A stretch of DNA of 62,267 bases, the filler included, from Syncephalis fuscata S228 (lineage: Eukaryota > Fungi > Zoopagomycota), in NCBI GenBank assembly GCA_025786725.1. It is 4 parts of 4 records of this genome, joined end to end, with 100 filler letters (N's around TTAATTAATTAA, not from the genome) between each part and the next. Parts side by side here need not be neighbours in the genome. Positions count along the whole stretch, not along the records: positions 16,559 to 45,571 come from JAHLTZ010000095.1; 3 more parts are not named here. One strand, 5' to 3'. Made by a program: the position numbers and the translations under genes. The notes below the pieces were generated by a model that worked only from the letters and a program-made list of their open reading frames with translations, made no database searches and had not been told where the DNA came from. This document shows positions 27,361-41,369 of the stretch, one piece after another. The first letter of the stretch is position 1; each line of letters begins with the position of its first letter.

Positions 27361-29105
27361 CTACAACGTCGTGCCATAGCTAAAATGATAAATAAAAAGC
27401 AATTAAATAACGTGAGAAACTATTCCGTGCTGCCGGCTAACCTCCGCAGTGCTACTCCTTAAACCACCACGATACAGACACGCCCACTGCAGCCATGGCT
27501 ATTGCCGTGCCTACCGGCCACCACGGCCATGATGACTCTGATGATGCTTTAGACGATAAGGACTTGTTCCGTCTTTTCTTCAAGCGTGAACTGCGTCGTG
27601 ATTGTTTTGGTGGCGTGGTAGTGGCAGATTTTGCCGTTTGTGTGTGCAACAGCTCGGGCGATGACGACAGTGGCGTGGCTGTATCGTGTACAGTTCGTAT
27701 ACTCGCAATTACATACCCAAAAGTACGGCTAATGCTGTCCCAGTAGTAACGCTGCCAGTTCTGCCGTGTCGTCTCCTCCTGACTCAATGGAACGCCACGT
27801 TGCGTCAAACGCAATTCCGTCGAGGATTCACCTTGTGCTAATGTAATGGCTACATTCGACAAATGATCTATACCAATACCAAACCAAGTTAAATATCGTA
27901 ATATTATATCATTTTCTACCTACTTGCAGGCCAAGAAGAAAAGCGCCAGCTCATTACAATCTTTTCGTCCGGTACCTAGTAATATCAGTTAGTTATTGCT
28001 CTATTTTCTACGCTTAGTGCAAACAGCTTACTAATTCAACAATAGTACCAGTGATATTGCTATCAAATAGACTGAAATCACTGCCAACTTCCGGTCGAAT
28101 ACAGCAGAGCTACGAGTCCACGCTTGCACTTTGTCTTGGTTAATAAAACATCATAAAGATCATGGGCACTGGCCACAAATTCCGCATTGACCTTAATATC
28201 TGTTGTGGAAAAATGACCCGCTGCCGGCTTTTTAGTAGTAGTAGTCTCGGCTGCAGTTGATGCATCGGTGGATTTGGCGGATGTTTTGTTCACTGAGGAT
28301 GTCGCCGTGTTAGAAAGACCAAGTTGCTCTGGTGGGATATACACATCCTTTGAATGGGCTAATAGCTCATATTAGCTACTTTCAAATAATACAATTCTAC
28401 TAAATACCATCAATCAATCTTTTGAAAATCGACCCAACTTTTTACGTAATTCAGCAGTTAGTGATTTACGTATCAGTTGTTTGACAAATCCATTTCACGT
28501 GTCTCTCCATCATAGTTATATCAAACTATCATTTACACAAGTTAAATAGATAGATAAATAATATTATAGTCGCATACATACCACAAACTCATCCTCTTCT
28601 GTGTCGTGCATAATCTCTGGAATACTGATACTTCCTTTGACAGGAATACCATCGGCAGTATTACCTAATTGTTTTAAAAGCAAAAAACACAAGTGAACAT
28701 GTATTAGCCAGCGCTACAAGGATAAACAGGCTATTTGCTACCTTCAAAACCAAGTTTCATCACAAGATCATACAACGTAATCACCTTGCCTTTACGCTGG
28801 TTGACATCAACATCACCTGTGCAATCCAAAAGTGAGGCGACTTTTACAGAGGCACCAGAGCCATCTGATACTGTAGTACCTGGTAGCTGTTCAGTAAAAT
28901 AAGATTTGGCCCATACATAGCAGTTCTTTTCCGTCCTATATTCAATAGTAATTATCCAGTAGCTCTTAGCGCCAACCAATATAATTACCAGTGCCTAATA
29001 ACAAAGAAAAGTAGCCAAGTAGTGTCAGTTAGCGTTGTAGTAAACTGGTAAACTACAATTGAATTACCAGTTGTTGACGTTCTTCCAATTTGCCATACTC
29101 GCCAT
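27361..29105 (-). CDS. AHA1: Hsp90 co-chaperone Aha1 (multi-exon)
   Basis: N-terminal NVNNWHWTEKNC, GDVDVNQRKGKVITLYD and START-like C domain NWQRYYWDSISRTFG. Terminal exon 27379-27361 gives TFGYGTTL-stop. Confidence 0.92.
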
Positions 29106-29368
29106 GTTGTTTATGAATAAAAAGATACAAACAGCCGACTAAATAATAGCTTGCAACAGATGGTAGGTGACAAGAAAGAAAAGACGCGCTTTGGCAATCA
29201 ATAGCAAACTTTTCAGAACAACAAGGAAAAGATATGATGAATGGATGGCGAATTTTCTAGATGCTTCCATTATCTGTTCCAATCATCATCATTCTATCAT
29301 TGATTCTAGCCGATTCACTCACACTCACACCCACACCTCACTACTACGTCGATTGAATCTCTAGTACT

Positions 29369-29877
29369 ATGATTTACTCTGTATACATCATCAATAAAGC
29401 AGGTGGTCTTATTTTTCAAAGAGATTTTGGAGATAATCTTAACCGCTTATCTGGCAATGACTATCTGATTCTGGCCGGCACTTTTCATGGGTAGGTCATC
29501 TGATGTGTTGACTTGTTGTTTGGCTGATAGCCCATAAGTGTATACGCCATTGCCTCAAAGATTTCGCCGATACCAGGTTCATCGGGTATTGACATGATTG
29601 AAGCAGATACGTTTCGTCTCTTCTGCTTCCAAACACTTACTGGTAGGTGTTGATCTGCATAGAATGGCTTGAATGATACTGATGGTGATATATAGGTATC
29701 AAATTCTTATTGATAACTGACCCACAACACGCACAGGCCGACCAACACTTGCGAAAGATCTATGAGCTGTATTCGGATTTTGTTATGAAAAATCCGTTTT
29801 ATAAGCTGGAAATGCCTGTTCGATGTGAGCTGTTTGACGAGCGACTTGCTAGATTTATAAAAGCTGTGGGCACATAG
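29369..29877 (+). CDS. TRS23: TRAPP complex subunit Trs23/TRAPPC4 (synbindin family), 3 exons; absent from the ORF track
   Basis: [20 protein letters not shown]...[11 protein letters not shown]...[13 protein letters not shown]...[27 protein letters not shown]. Confidence 0.92.
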
Positions 29878-31793
29878 TTCGTATTATAATTAGATAATCG
29901 TATTTTAAAGGTGTTTGATACTTTTTTCTGTTAGTAAATAAATGTAAATGCAGAAAAATATAATATTGTTTAAAAGGTGATGAATTATTTATCATTGATG
30001 TAATCTTTAGAGCAGTAGGATAAAGCAAGATTGGTGTTTATTTAACGGTAGATTTATCATAGAAATCATTATATTAAAGCTTATTTTTTATTTATATAAA
30101 TTAAATGTTAAACTATTTGGACAAGTATTAACTATAACCGTATTGTCATTAAATTACTTATTTTATTTTATATATTTGAATTTCATATCATTATCCTTAG
30201 CATAGATGATTAGTAAAGTACACAATAGTATTATTATATATTAGTAAATGAAGTAATGGCTCCTATACTTAATGGCCTGAATAAATAAATCACAGTCGAT
30301 AGCAGCATTCTACTTTAGTAAACACAATTCATATCAAGAAATATGAAGCAGAAAACGCAGCGATACAAACATAATTTCAGCGAAATTAATTATACTTTGA
30401 ATTGCTGAATGTTCAGCTGTTTCATGCAGAATGCACAGTCCACGGGTTCTTTTTTCAAAGCTTGATTGTTCTCTAAAACCTTTTTATCGAAAGCAGTATT
30501 TTTTAATATCTTACATTGATATGTGTAAATTGCCTAGTATTGATATATTTAGTTATGGTTGTTTTGATCTAACGAGTAATACACGGCTTAGTTAAATCAA
30601 AACAACCTTTAATGAACTACACGTTATTGCTTTTGGCAAAATAGGAATTGGCTTGTGCACAGCATCACCTTTCTTGTTTTGCCCCTTTTTAAACCGCTAC
30701 CTTTAAGTGCTTTTTATTCAAGCATGCATTTCGGCAATATACTTTACATGTCTTCAATACATTCGACGGTGCAGTATTCAACATGCTCATTTGTAGATAG
30801 AGCAGGAGTTTGTTCTTGTATTTAGTATATAGTCTGTTAAGAAAAGGAATACAACACACATGGCCACTCCTAATTAGGTTGCTATAGTAGTAATAAAAAA
30901 GCTGTTTATTTTATTTTAAAAAATTGGCCACTACTAAAATCATAGGCATTAATAAGCAAATCAGCCATTGATGTAAACCACGGTCTGTAGCTTGCATGAT
31001 AGCGCATTGGCCTGCCGCCTAAACCATCAGACTATTGTAATGCATGAACCATGATGGAACTTTGCGTGTTTATTCCGGCCCGAAGCTATGTTCACAACTT
31101 GCCGTTTTTAGACAGTATTCTGAGGTTTGGGTCAAGTTTTGAGAGGTCAGACACAAATGACTCATATATAGTATTTGTACTTTCAGTGGAAGCAAGGGGA
31201 TTTATTTTTACATTTCGGCTTTGGTTGCCGCTTTTGTTATTGCGAAGCATGCACATCTGTATCGTTGTTTTTATAGGTGTTGAGCTGAGCTTAGTATACA
31301 GCTAATTCCAAAATATTTATAACTGCACAAATGTATAACATAACTATTAGCATAATTGCATTGTCAGGATATTAAATAAAGCATTGACTAGTATAATGGA
31401 TAGCTGAATAAAACGTATCTTCCATAACTGAGCTTATCAGGGCAGTTAGTTCTTTCTTTCAAATAAAACGCTCCTTTAAAAAAATTTGTTTTGTAAACGC
31501 TAAATAGATAAACAGTTTTTTAGCTTGTTGAACCAAGAGTAAAGATCAGTGTATTATACAGCATATTGATAATTTATAAAAGAGTTTTGCTATTCTTAAT
31601 TAGATTAATAAATTCTGGAAGCAAGGCAAAACGGCTGTATAAATCCAAGGCGATAAGAACCAACAACATGTGACTGTTTCTGTTAATATGGTGTTACGAC
31701 TATATAACATCATTAAACATGCTTTTCTGTGCTTCTGCAGAAGCAACCCTTTTTTGCATATTCACATAGCTTATATCGTTCGTTTTTTTAATT

Positions 31794-33995
31794 ATGAATA
31801 CGAGTCAGGAAGAAAGCGCCACTAAATCCACTAGATTGCTGGCAAGCTTTCCTTCAGATAAAAAAGCATATACCGATACTGAAAAGGTTGCAGTAGCTTA
31901 CGTCGGGGATGACGAGTCGCTGGTTTAACGCACGAAATAGTGCGGGCAACCGTCAGCAACACTGACGATCCAACACTGCCCACTATGACATTTCGTTTTT
32001 GGGTTCTAGGCACATTCTTCACTATTGTACTTTCGTTTATTAATCAGTTCTTCTGGTTCGTGCTACGCCGGTTGTCGTAACAGTACTGGTGGCCCAGCTG
32101 CTTTCCTATCCGATGGGTGTCGCTATGGCCCGTGTACTGCCAAAAAGAACAGTTGGAAAAGGCTTTTTTACTTTTCATTGAATCCCGGCCCATTTAACAT
32201 TAAGGAACACGTATTAATTACTGCATGTGCTAATGCTGCGGCTGGCACCGTCTACGCCATTGATATCGTCACTATCAAACGTATTTACTACAAGCAGGAC
32301 TTGGGTTTTTTGCTTCCTTATTGCTTGTTATTACAACTCAATGTCTTGGATATGGACTAGCCGGTATGGCTCGCCGGTTTCTAGTCCGTCCAGCCTCAAT
32401 GATCTGGCCTGCTCAACTGGCAAATGTTGCGCTATTCCGTACTCTGCATGAAAAGGAGAACTCGACGCAGGGTCAAATTACACGTTTACGCTTCTTCCTA
32501 GTTACTACACTAGCTAGCTTTGCCTACTATTTTCTTCCTGGCTATCTGGCCACTTTTCTTAGTACTGTCTCGCTATTGTGCTACTTTGCACCCCATAACA
32601 AACTGGCTAACCAACTAGGCTCTGGGGAGCGTGGACTTGGTTTGTTCACTATATCATTCAACTGGAATTACATTGTATCTTTTCTTACATCACCTTTGGT
32701 CGTGCCATTCTGGGCCCAGGCCAACGTATTTGTCGGATTTATACTTTACGTTTTTGTGCTAGTACCCATTGGGTATTATGGCAATCTATGGGATGCCAAA
32801 AACTATCCAATACTAGGCAGCGATCTATTCACTAAAGAAGGCGAAAATTATGATACGCTAGCAATTCTTGATGAACGACTTCAACTAGACGAAACAAAAT
32901 ATGCCCAGGTTGGAGCACCTCGCATGACCTTCTTTTTTGCAATCGGCTACGGCTTTGGATTTGCCACGTTATCGGCCATTTTATCGCATACCGTATTATA
33001 CTACGGCAAAGAAATTGCTTCTCGGTTCCGTAGCATGAAAACCCACGACGGCGACATCCACGCCAGAATGATGGACCAATACCCAGAAGTGCCTGTTGCA
33101 TGGTATGCTGGCGTGTTTGTAGCAAACATGATAGCTGCTATCATTGCATGTGAAGCATTTGGTCTTGATCTTCCTTGGTGGGGGCTTATTTTCGCCATTG
33201 TACTCAGTGCTATATTTATTATTCCAGTTGGCATTATTACAGCAATCACTAATCAGTTACCAGGAATTCACATCATCACAGAAATGGTCATTGGCTTCAT
33301 TCTTCCAGGACGTGCCATCGCTAATGTGACGTTTAAAACCTACGGCAACATCACCATGTTTCAAGGTATCATCTTTTTGGGCGACATGAAGTTAGGACAC
33401 TATATGAAAATACCACCTCGTCACATGTTTATTGCGCAAACCTTTGGAACTATGGTGCAGGCGTTGTTAACCTATCGACGGCATATCTAATGTTTGCACT
33501 AGTTCCCAATATTTGCGGTGAGACAGAACGCGTCTGGAGCTGTGACAGTGCTCGAGTGTTTATAACGGCTCAGTTATTTGGGGAGTTATCGGTCCAAATC
33601 GTATGTTTGGCTCCACAGGATATTATTCAGCACTCAATTGGTGGTTCCTAGTTGGTTTGTTGCTGCCCATTCCATTCTGGCTCCTGACGCGTCGCAATCC
33701 CAACTCGTGGATAAAGTATATTCATATACCAGTGCTGCTTGGAGGTACTGGTAACATGCCGCCTGCTCGGCCTGGTATGTTTACATCGTGGTTTATTGTT
33801 GGATTCATCTTCCAATTCTTTGTCTATCGTTATCGCAACGCTTGGTGGAAACGATTCAATTATATATTATCCGCGGGACTCGACTCTGGCGTTGCCATTA
33901 GCGGATTGGTAATATTCTTTGCCTTCCAATACAAAGAAATAGCACTTGAATGGTGGGGCAATCAGCCTGACTGTCCCATGTTTGAAAGGTTGTAA
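31794..33995 (+). CDS. OPT-family oligopeptide transporter
   Basis: [74 protein letters not shown]. Several single-base frameshifts. Confidence 0.93.
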
Positions 33996-34559
33996 TTTAT
34001 TTACGGCCTTTTTACAACTAGCCATCGCTGATGTGTTTAACTTTATGATGACAATGAATAGTATAATGGTTTATGATTATGATTATGATTATTAACTTAT
34101 AAACTGTACTAATATTACTAGTATCACAATCACGTTGCTCATATGTAGCAGGTCTATTTTTGACAATTTTGCTGTGTGCACTTTTAATAAATTACAACAA
34201 TTATAATAAAGTATTGTTTTGTTATATTAATTCTATAGCATGTTTTTCTTAAACTTTTCAATCTTTGAATTTATGTTTAAGCAATTATCAAGAGGCGTTA
34301 ATAAAATATCCAATTCTACCATATCTTTTTGGTAAGCAATATTACTTTTTATAGTAAAGCAGCGCTTTCCATATAATTGCCAAATGTTTACGGCTGTAAT
34401 AGCTCTGATTGGTATCTTTAAGTATTTAATACCTTATTGTAGTAATTGTCGATAGCTTCAAGTGACTTTTATATCGTGCTATATAAACTCTATATTCATT
34501 ATTATACTCTTGTAGGCATTCTAGTTTGCTTTGTAATGACTGCATCTAAATCAAACTCT

Positions 34560-35272
34560 TCATTAAAAAAAGACCCATACTTTGCTGCAATTCTATTTCA
34601 CGCTTCTTTAGTTTTTTTTTCTTTTTCTGTATATTCGTTTTCTAGCCTTTCTTCTTTTTATGATAATCGTTTTCTATTTCATTTTGTCTTTCACAATAAT
34701 CATTTTCTAGCTGTCTTCTTTTTTCCTATAATTGCTTTCTAACTTTTCTTCTTTTTTCTGATAGTTATCCATTATCTCATTTTGTTTTTTCTGCTTTTTT
34801 CTAGCTGCACTTCTTGCTCCTTGACTTTATTTTCCAATTCTTCAACTCTACCGCGTAGTTTAGCGTACTTGAGCAGCAGTGAATTAATGCGTTTTTCCTT
34901 ACGTAATTTATTACTTTTTTCAGCAAAATAATATTGATTCAAAGCTATTAATTATATAAGTTTGTATCATGTAAATAGCTGCTTGCTAACCTTGTTTTGC
35001 ATTGGATGTTGTAATTTCTACAAGTAAAGTTTTATTTTCTTTTACTATTTCATTTTCTTCCCCTGATATCTTGGAAGTTTGTTGGACAGCGTTGATATCA
35101 AAGCTATCTTTGAAATATCTGTAAAAACTATATGTATCCAACTATTTTATAATAAGCCACAATGACGGTTGCATTTTAAAAAAACTTTTACTTTTATTGC
35201 GCAAAAATTAGTAGCAGTAAGTCACAGTAATGTGTAGCAAAATCTAATTTATTTACAATAAAACGAAGCATT
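34560..35272 (-). pseudogene. K/E-rich coiled-coil gene, tandem copy 2 (frame-disrupted)
   Basis: Paralogous exon/intron layout to 35620-36700 (shared ...AKQ donor, LLKYAKLRGRVEELENKVK). Many indels in A-runs, so it could be intact. Confidence 0.35.
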
Positions 35273-35619
35273 TCTATTAGATATATTGATAATGACTTGA
35301 ATACTGGATTTTGAAGACAAATAAAACAGTTTTCAAAATAAAGGATAGTATTTACGAACAAGGCACGCTAAGTGCCAAGACAGCAGTCCTTTTAATTATA
35401 AATAAACTTTGTATGTATTTGTGTATGTCTTATAAAATATAGCAACTTTTTTTCACAGTGCAGCAATTTGAAGCAATATATTGTCACAAAATATTGGTGT
35501 AAATAGCAACAAATTAATAACTCATTACCTTATTGTACTTTTATTTGTCTTTTTTAGACCCGTCAATCGTTAAAATTGTATTTAGAGCTTTATGAAAAAA
35601 TTCTAATAGTAGATCTTTC

Positions 35620-36700
35620 TTATAGTATCTTTGCTATAATTAGTAGTATCAAGCATAACAGAGCAGCAGCTTTTTTATATATTTCTAAATCTTTACGGTT
35701 GAAAGAATTTCCGCTAGTACCTTCTATCATTTCAGTAATACTATTGTAATTATTAATTATTCCTTTAATCGCCATTTCATATTCTATTAAGCATGGTGCC
35801 AAGTCCGTTTCTGCATCTTTGAAGGAACTATTATCTTTTTAATTGAATTTTATTCCACGTTTTTGTAGTTCTTTTTCTTTTTTCTGATGGCAGCTTTCTA
35901 ATTCCTCTATTTTCTTCTGGTAGCTATTTTTACTTCATTTTGTTTGTTGTAATAGTTGTTTTCTATTTCAGTTTGTTTTTTCTGGTAATTATACTCCAAC
36001 TCTTCCACCTTCTTTATATAGTCATTTTTTGTTTTGTTTTTTCTCGGTATTTGTTTTTTAGCTTTTCCTCTTTTTCTTGGTAATTCCTTTCCAATTCCAC
36101 TTCCTTTTCCGATAGTCGTTTTCTATTTCGTCTCGTTTGTTGCAGTAGTCGCTTTCTAATTATTGTTTTTTCTCGATAATTATTTTCAATTTCATTTTGC
36201 TTTTTCTTCTCTTTTTTAGCTGTACTTTTTGCTTTTTAACTTTGTTTTCTAGCGCTTCGACTCTATTGCGTAGTTTGATATTCTTGAACAGCACCAGATT
36301 AATACGTTTTGCTTTGTTTAGCTGATCGCGTAATTATATATTTTTTTCATTCAAATCACTGGACTTTTTAACAGTATTATATTGATTAAAATCTATTAAA
36401 TTATATAAACTTGTACAATGTAAGCCTTTGTTTACTGACCTTGTTTTGCACTGTTTGCTGCATTTTCTTTTGTTTCTTCATGTGCTTTATACGCTATTTC
36501 AAGATTTTGTTGATCAGTGCTGATACCAAAGTTGCCTTCAAGATACTCGTTTAAGGCAGTTCCATCCAACTATTATATAATGAATCTCAATGACAATTGT
36601 ATTCCACATCTATCTTACCGTCATTACGTAAAAAGTAATAGCAATTATGTCAATAGTGATGTATAATAAAAATTTAAATCGTTTACAATGATAACGTGTA
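35620..36700 (-). CDS. K/E-rich coiled-coil protein with C-terminal hydrophobic helix, tandem copy 1 (frame-disrupted)
   Basis: Exon LDGTALNEYLEGNFGISTDQQNLEIAYKAHEE, then NIKLRNRVEALENKVK, repeats of the EIENDY type, and C-terminal AAALLCLILLIIAKIL. Confidence 0.4.
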
Positions 36701-39700
36701 CTTTTATTAAACAAATTAGCGACTTAATGATTATTTTTTAAATAAATAAACAGTTTTCCAAAATTAAAGAAGCTATAGTATTCACTCCTGAAGGCAAAGT
36801 AGCTGCATCAGCATGCAGACTTATGAGCAAAGGGAAATGGATAGTTTGCTCAATTACTCTGATCATAAAGGTCTTGGCATGTGGTGAAGGTATTTCATTT
36901 ATGTTAAAAAGATAGAAAGCACAGCAAAAAAAACTTTCTATATCCATAGATCACAACCATGCATCCACTATGGATAGAAAACAGAAACAAAAAAGCAGTT
37001 TGTCATTCTTAAGTAATTGATAAAGCTGTGCAATAGTTTTATCATTTTATCTAGTATTTGATCTAATAAAACAACATTTTTAATTAACCTGCTGATTCTG
37101 TCATAAAACCGACTACTATTTAATTAATAAATAATTGGCTATAATCCATCAATGGCCCTGGTTATTTAGGGCATAAACGAGTAACTGGCTGCTTTTTATT
37201 AGTAATATAATGCTCTTCGTTTATCATTAAGCTGATTAAATCACATGCAAAAATAAATTTAGAAATAGCTGTACCAATTGATTAGTAAACCGTTTATCCT
37301 AGACACATCTATACTAAAACAAACAAATAACTAGAGTTGCACCACACCTGGAGATTGACTGCTGATGATGCATCCTAGAAACTGGCTTGTACTCTGTAGC
37401 CTTACTAGTGTTTTTGCTCGCCTAAATGTTTGCAAATTACATGTATTGGCAACAGCCTAATTGTTTTATTATTGCCAATGATGTCACTCTTCTACAAACT
37501 AATATAGAAATCATTAAGCTAAGTCACCTTGAAGATGTTTATATTTGTGACCTGTCGTTCGAATTGAATCAAGCTATGTATTATTAAATGAATAAAAAAA
37601 TTAAATGATGCTATTTAGTACAAAAACGGAATAACATTATAGCCAGCTTGCTATCGCTGAGTAGTTTTTAGATGATTAGAAATGAAGGAAGCTATCGGGA
37701 CGGAGCATGTTTATTCGCTTGTTTGTTCCCACGAAGCTGTGGAGCCTCTACTTGGATAAGGCATACAGATAAACACAAAGTGAATCATTGCAATGTACAA
37801 AACGATATCCCAGTGTGAGAATATCCCAACTATTATTATCACAAGAAAGATAGAAAAAAACTGATGGAAACATTACTTTAATTGTTCTAACTAAGCAGAA
37901 CACGTTTATCTAGAATTGAATGTTCCTGCCATGCGCAGTTCTATTGTTAGCCGGAAATTCCCATTTATTCACAATTGTCTCTTTTTGGTTTGCCAGTCCA
38001 TCCGTATATCACCCATTCGGTTACACATGCCTACTTTGACACGCGGAACGATAAATACCGAATCAGACCAGCAATGCCAATCCTACATCTATGACTCTCG
38101 TATAAATAAGACTGACGAGTGACTTTTAATACCACTGTCTTATTTACCAGCATTTTTATGATTATTTGATTATTTCACTCGGCATTGCCGATAATACTAT
38201 TGGACGAATAGATCCATCTTATGAGCAACAACAACAAGGTAAGCTGGTGCACACACATACATACCTCAAGTGGGTGAATCATGTGAGAGAGTGATCGAAG
38301 GATGCGCTTCTCATTGGTGTCAGTATTGGCCGAAAAGTCTGACTCGTTTGCCTATGGGTGAAACTTTGGTTTCCAGTTTAACGATATCGCTCGCTCTCTC
38401 AGTGCATTTGTAATGATTTTGTATATTATGTGCTGATAAATCCATTGTTTAGCAGCTCACTACTTTTTTCTTGTTCTTTGTATTTTCTCTTGTGCAGTAA
38501 AGTTCCAAGAATAATATTGCAATAGCCATTGTAGTCTACGTATTGTTCTATTATAGTCTTGTTACAGAGAAATTCCAGGCAAGTAACTTTGGTGATGGCG
38601 GTAATGATAGCATCTTTATTGCTTGCTCCTATTACTACTCCTTTGTTTACGCATAAATGTATATAATTGTTGTAAAATGTACCATGCGTTTCGACATGAT
38701 TATGGATGCGTGTATGGGTGATCTCATTGATTTAATGAGTTTTCCTTCTTAGCTCAACTGATTATGTATTGCAGCGCATTACAATGATGCAATTGCACAT
38801 TCTACTCATGATCGGCTCTGTTCTAGATTTTACACCATTTCTGAAATGTGTTGATCTTTATTGGACCTGCTTCTAAGTTTCATGCAATGCATCATCTATG
38901 GTGTGCACGTAGTTTTGGTCTTTTCTTATACGAACTGATTTGTTGAAGCTTGCATATGAGAGATACATACAGCTCGATACAATCCACTTTGCCGATCCCA
39001 TCTGATTTGCGTGAATTTATTAACAAAGTGGACATGCTTGTGGATTTGTTGATCTACCCTATTTTATTTGATCAGTACAACACATTAAGACTAGCAAACT
39101 GGGCTCGTCTCATGTTGGCGCATCACTGATGTTCCTAGTTCCCGGTTGCAGCTATTTATTAATATATTAATTAAATGCGTATGTGTTTGAGTCAATGAGT
39201 ACTTGTTTCTAAATTTTGCGTTAGTGACCGTGCTGTCCTTGTCTACCATATTGCTTCTCGACACGGTCATTACCGTTGCTAGCTTTATATCTGCGACTTC
39301 ATTTGTTCTTCGCCATAATTGACTACTTTTACACATACTCATTTACCGTGCTATTCAAACCGCTTCTTGCTAGTTTTTTACTTTTACTTTTTTGTCTTGA
39401 TTTGGCTATATGATATAGTGCATAGCCATTCAGGTTTTTTTGTTCAGAATTCTATTTTACACACCTGTACAGCAGTAAGTAATACCATTTCCCCTATTTT
39501 TTTAGCAATCTCTATATTCTTTTATTTTATATGTAATAATGTCTATTCGTATCACAAATGATATATAGCCTCCTTTTTATTATAGCAGCATGTCGTTAAC
39601 CAAACTCGAGCTTTCCAAGTACCCAGCTTTCCCCCAGTTATCGTTTTTATTACTGCTGCATTCTCCTGCTTTTCGGTAATACCATAATCGGATATACATG

Positions 39701-41369
39701 CATCATTGCCAAAGAGAACACAGTGCACATTAGTTTCACCTTTCTGGTGTCTCTTAGCCGACACATCTTACACAGAGATCTTTACAGTGATGCACAGACT
39801 TTCTTTGCGGACAATGTGTCAGCCACCTCTATGTGTCTAAAAAGTGTAGACAAGAGAAAGAGAAAAAGTGAGAGAGTACAACAAGAACATGTGCTATAGC
39901 CATTGTTATTACGGTTTTCATATTACTATGCCATCGGCTTTTCTATTGATGGTGCTGCAGACTTTCTAGACTGTACTGCTGGCTCCTCGTTCCCCTTCCC
40001 CCTCTTCCTATATGTGTGTGTACTTGACATGAATACTCAATGATATTGGCTAAATCATGGTGCGATGTTAAATACGCTTTCTACCGTGCTAATAGCCGGC
40101 GTTTATCATATTCCCTAAAACACATTTGTATTTGACAGCCAATCCTTTTTTGTTTATTATTATTATCAGTATCAGTATCATCAACACTGTCATTCTTTCT
40201 ATTGCCCATTTACTAAAGGTACATTACTGCCATGCGTGACGTTGATTATACAAAATGGATACTTGCCGTAATCATCATTGTTTTGGCATTTCTATTTTTA
40301 TTTGCGAATGTTATTATGGCAACATAATTTAAATGTTCAAGGCGTTCGTTACACATTAGACCATAGTTATTGCCATGATCACCTTTAAACTGAGTTTATT
40401 CCCCTTGCTACGTGCCCAGTTGTAAATTAGTGTTGGTAGCGTGACAATCCTCCTTTCCTATTCCCCAGCGTGTTTTACCTTTTGACATCGTGTAACAAAT
40501 GATGATGATGATGATGTTTAGCCGTTGGTCATCATTATGACGACTATTTAATTAGCTACCACACTAGCAATGGTTGAATCATAATAGACGTTTGTTTTTA
40601 ATCGATTGTTTAACATGCAAGTATTATACTTAGTATTTCCATTCACTCCACGTCGTTTGCACTTTTTCAGCCCCGATTTTCTGGCATTTTGATTTCTACG
40701 GTGTTTGTATATTCTTCCAAGCTGTGTGTATACAGGATCTGTTTCTCCTTGGATCGATCTCCTTTTGCTTGTTGGAACACATACACACATACACACTACA
40801 TATGTTCCTATATGCACATAATTGTAAACGCGCGTATACTACTATTCTATCCTCTTATTTTCTTCGTTCTATTTCTTTATCTCTATTTCAGTTTTGCTCT
40901 TGCGTTCTCCCCTTTAGGCTACATTGACGCTTGTGCGTTGTCTCCTTCACACACTTGGCTAATCCAACACAGTTTGTTGTGTCTCCCTATTATTCCCCTT
41001 TCCTTTTTGGCCAATTGCGACTGTAACACCGTCTGTATATCAATTAATAATTGCCGTACAGTGATTTGATAACCATCATCTCATTTAGTATTAGCGTAAA
41101 CGTTAAGGTTGCTCAGCTAGCAAACCGAGCCTTTATTGATATTTATTACTTGTGTACTCGACTTTAATATATTTTCGTAAACGTTTTACCTGTATTTACC
41201 TTAGTTTATGTTACTCATCGTCTTTTCTGCCAATCATTTTTTCAATTTCTAATTTACTAACCTTAAACCTTAATTATTATTACTATTTTATTTGTAGACA
41301 GCTTATCAATAAGCACACTTTAAGCTGTACAGCTGCTTTTGGCTACTTAACTACACCAATTTGTTCAAC

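Noticed and set aside
31794-33995. Programmed frameshifting or pseudogenisation in OPT, DnaJ, AHA1, DDHD and 7TM genes
   Set aside because: Single-base losses occur across unrelated conserved genes, mostly in homopolymers, and also distinguish the two SINE copies. Long-read consensus error is the simpler explanation.
36900-41369. Long apparently gene-free stretch upstream of the cyclin (similarly 10900-13940)
   Set aside because: No convincing ORF, RNA gene or repeat structure found by eye. Probably long regulatory or 5' UTR-intron regions.
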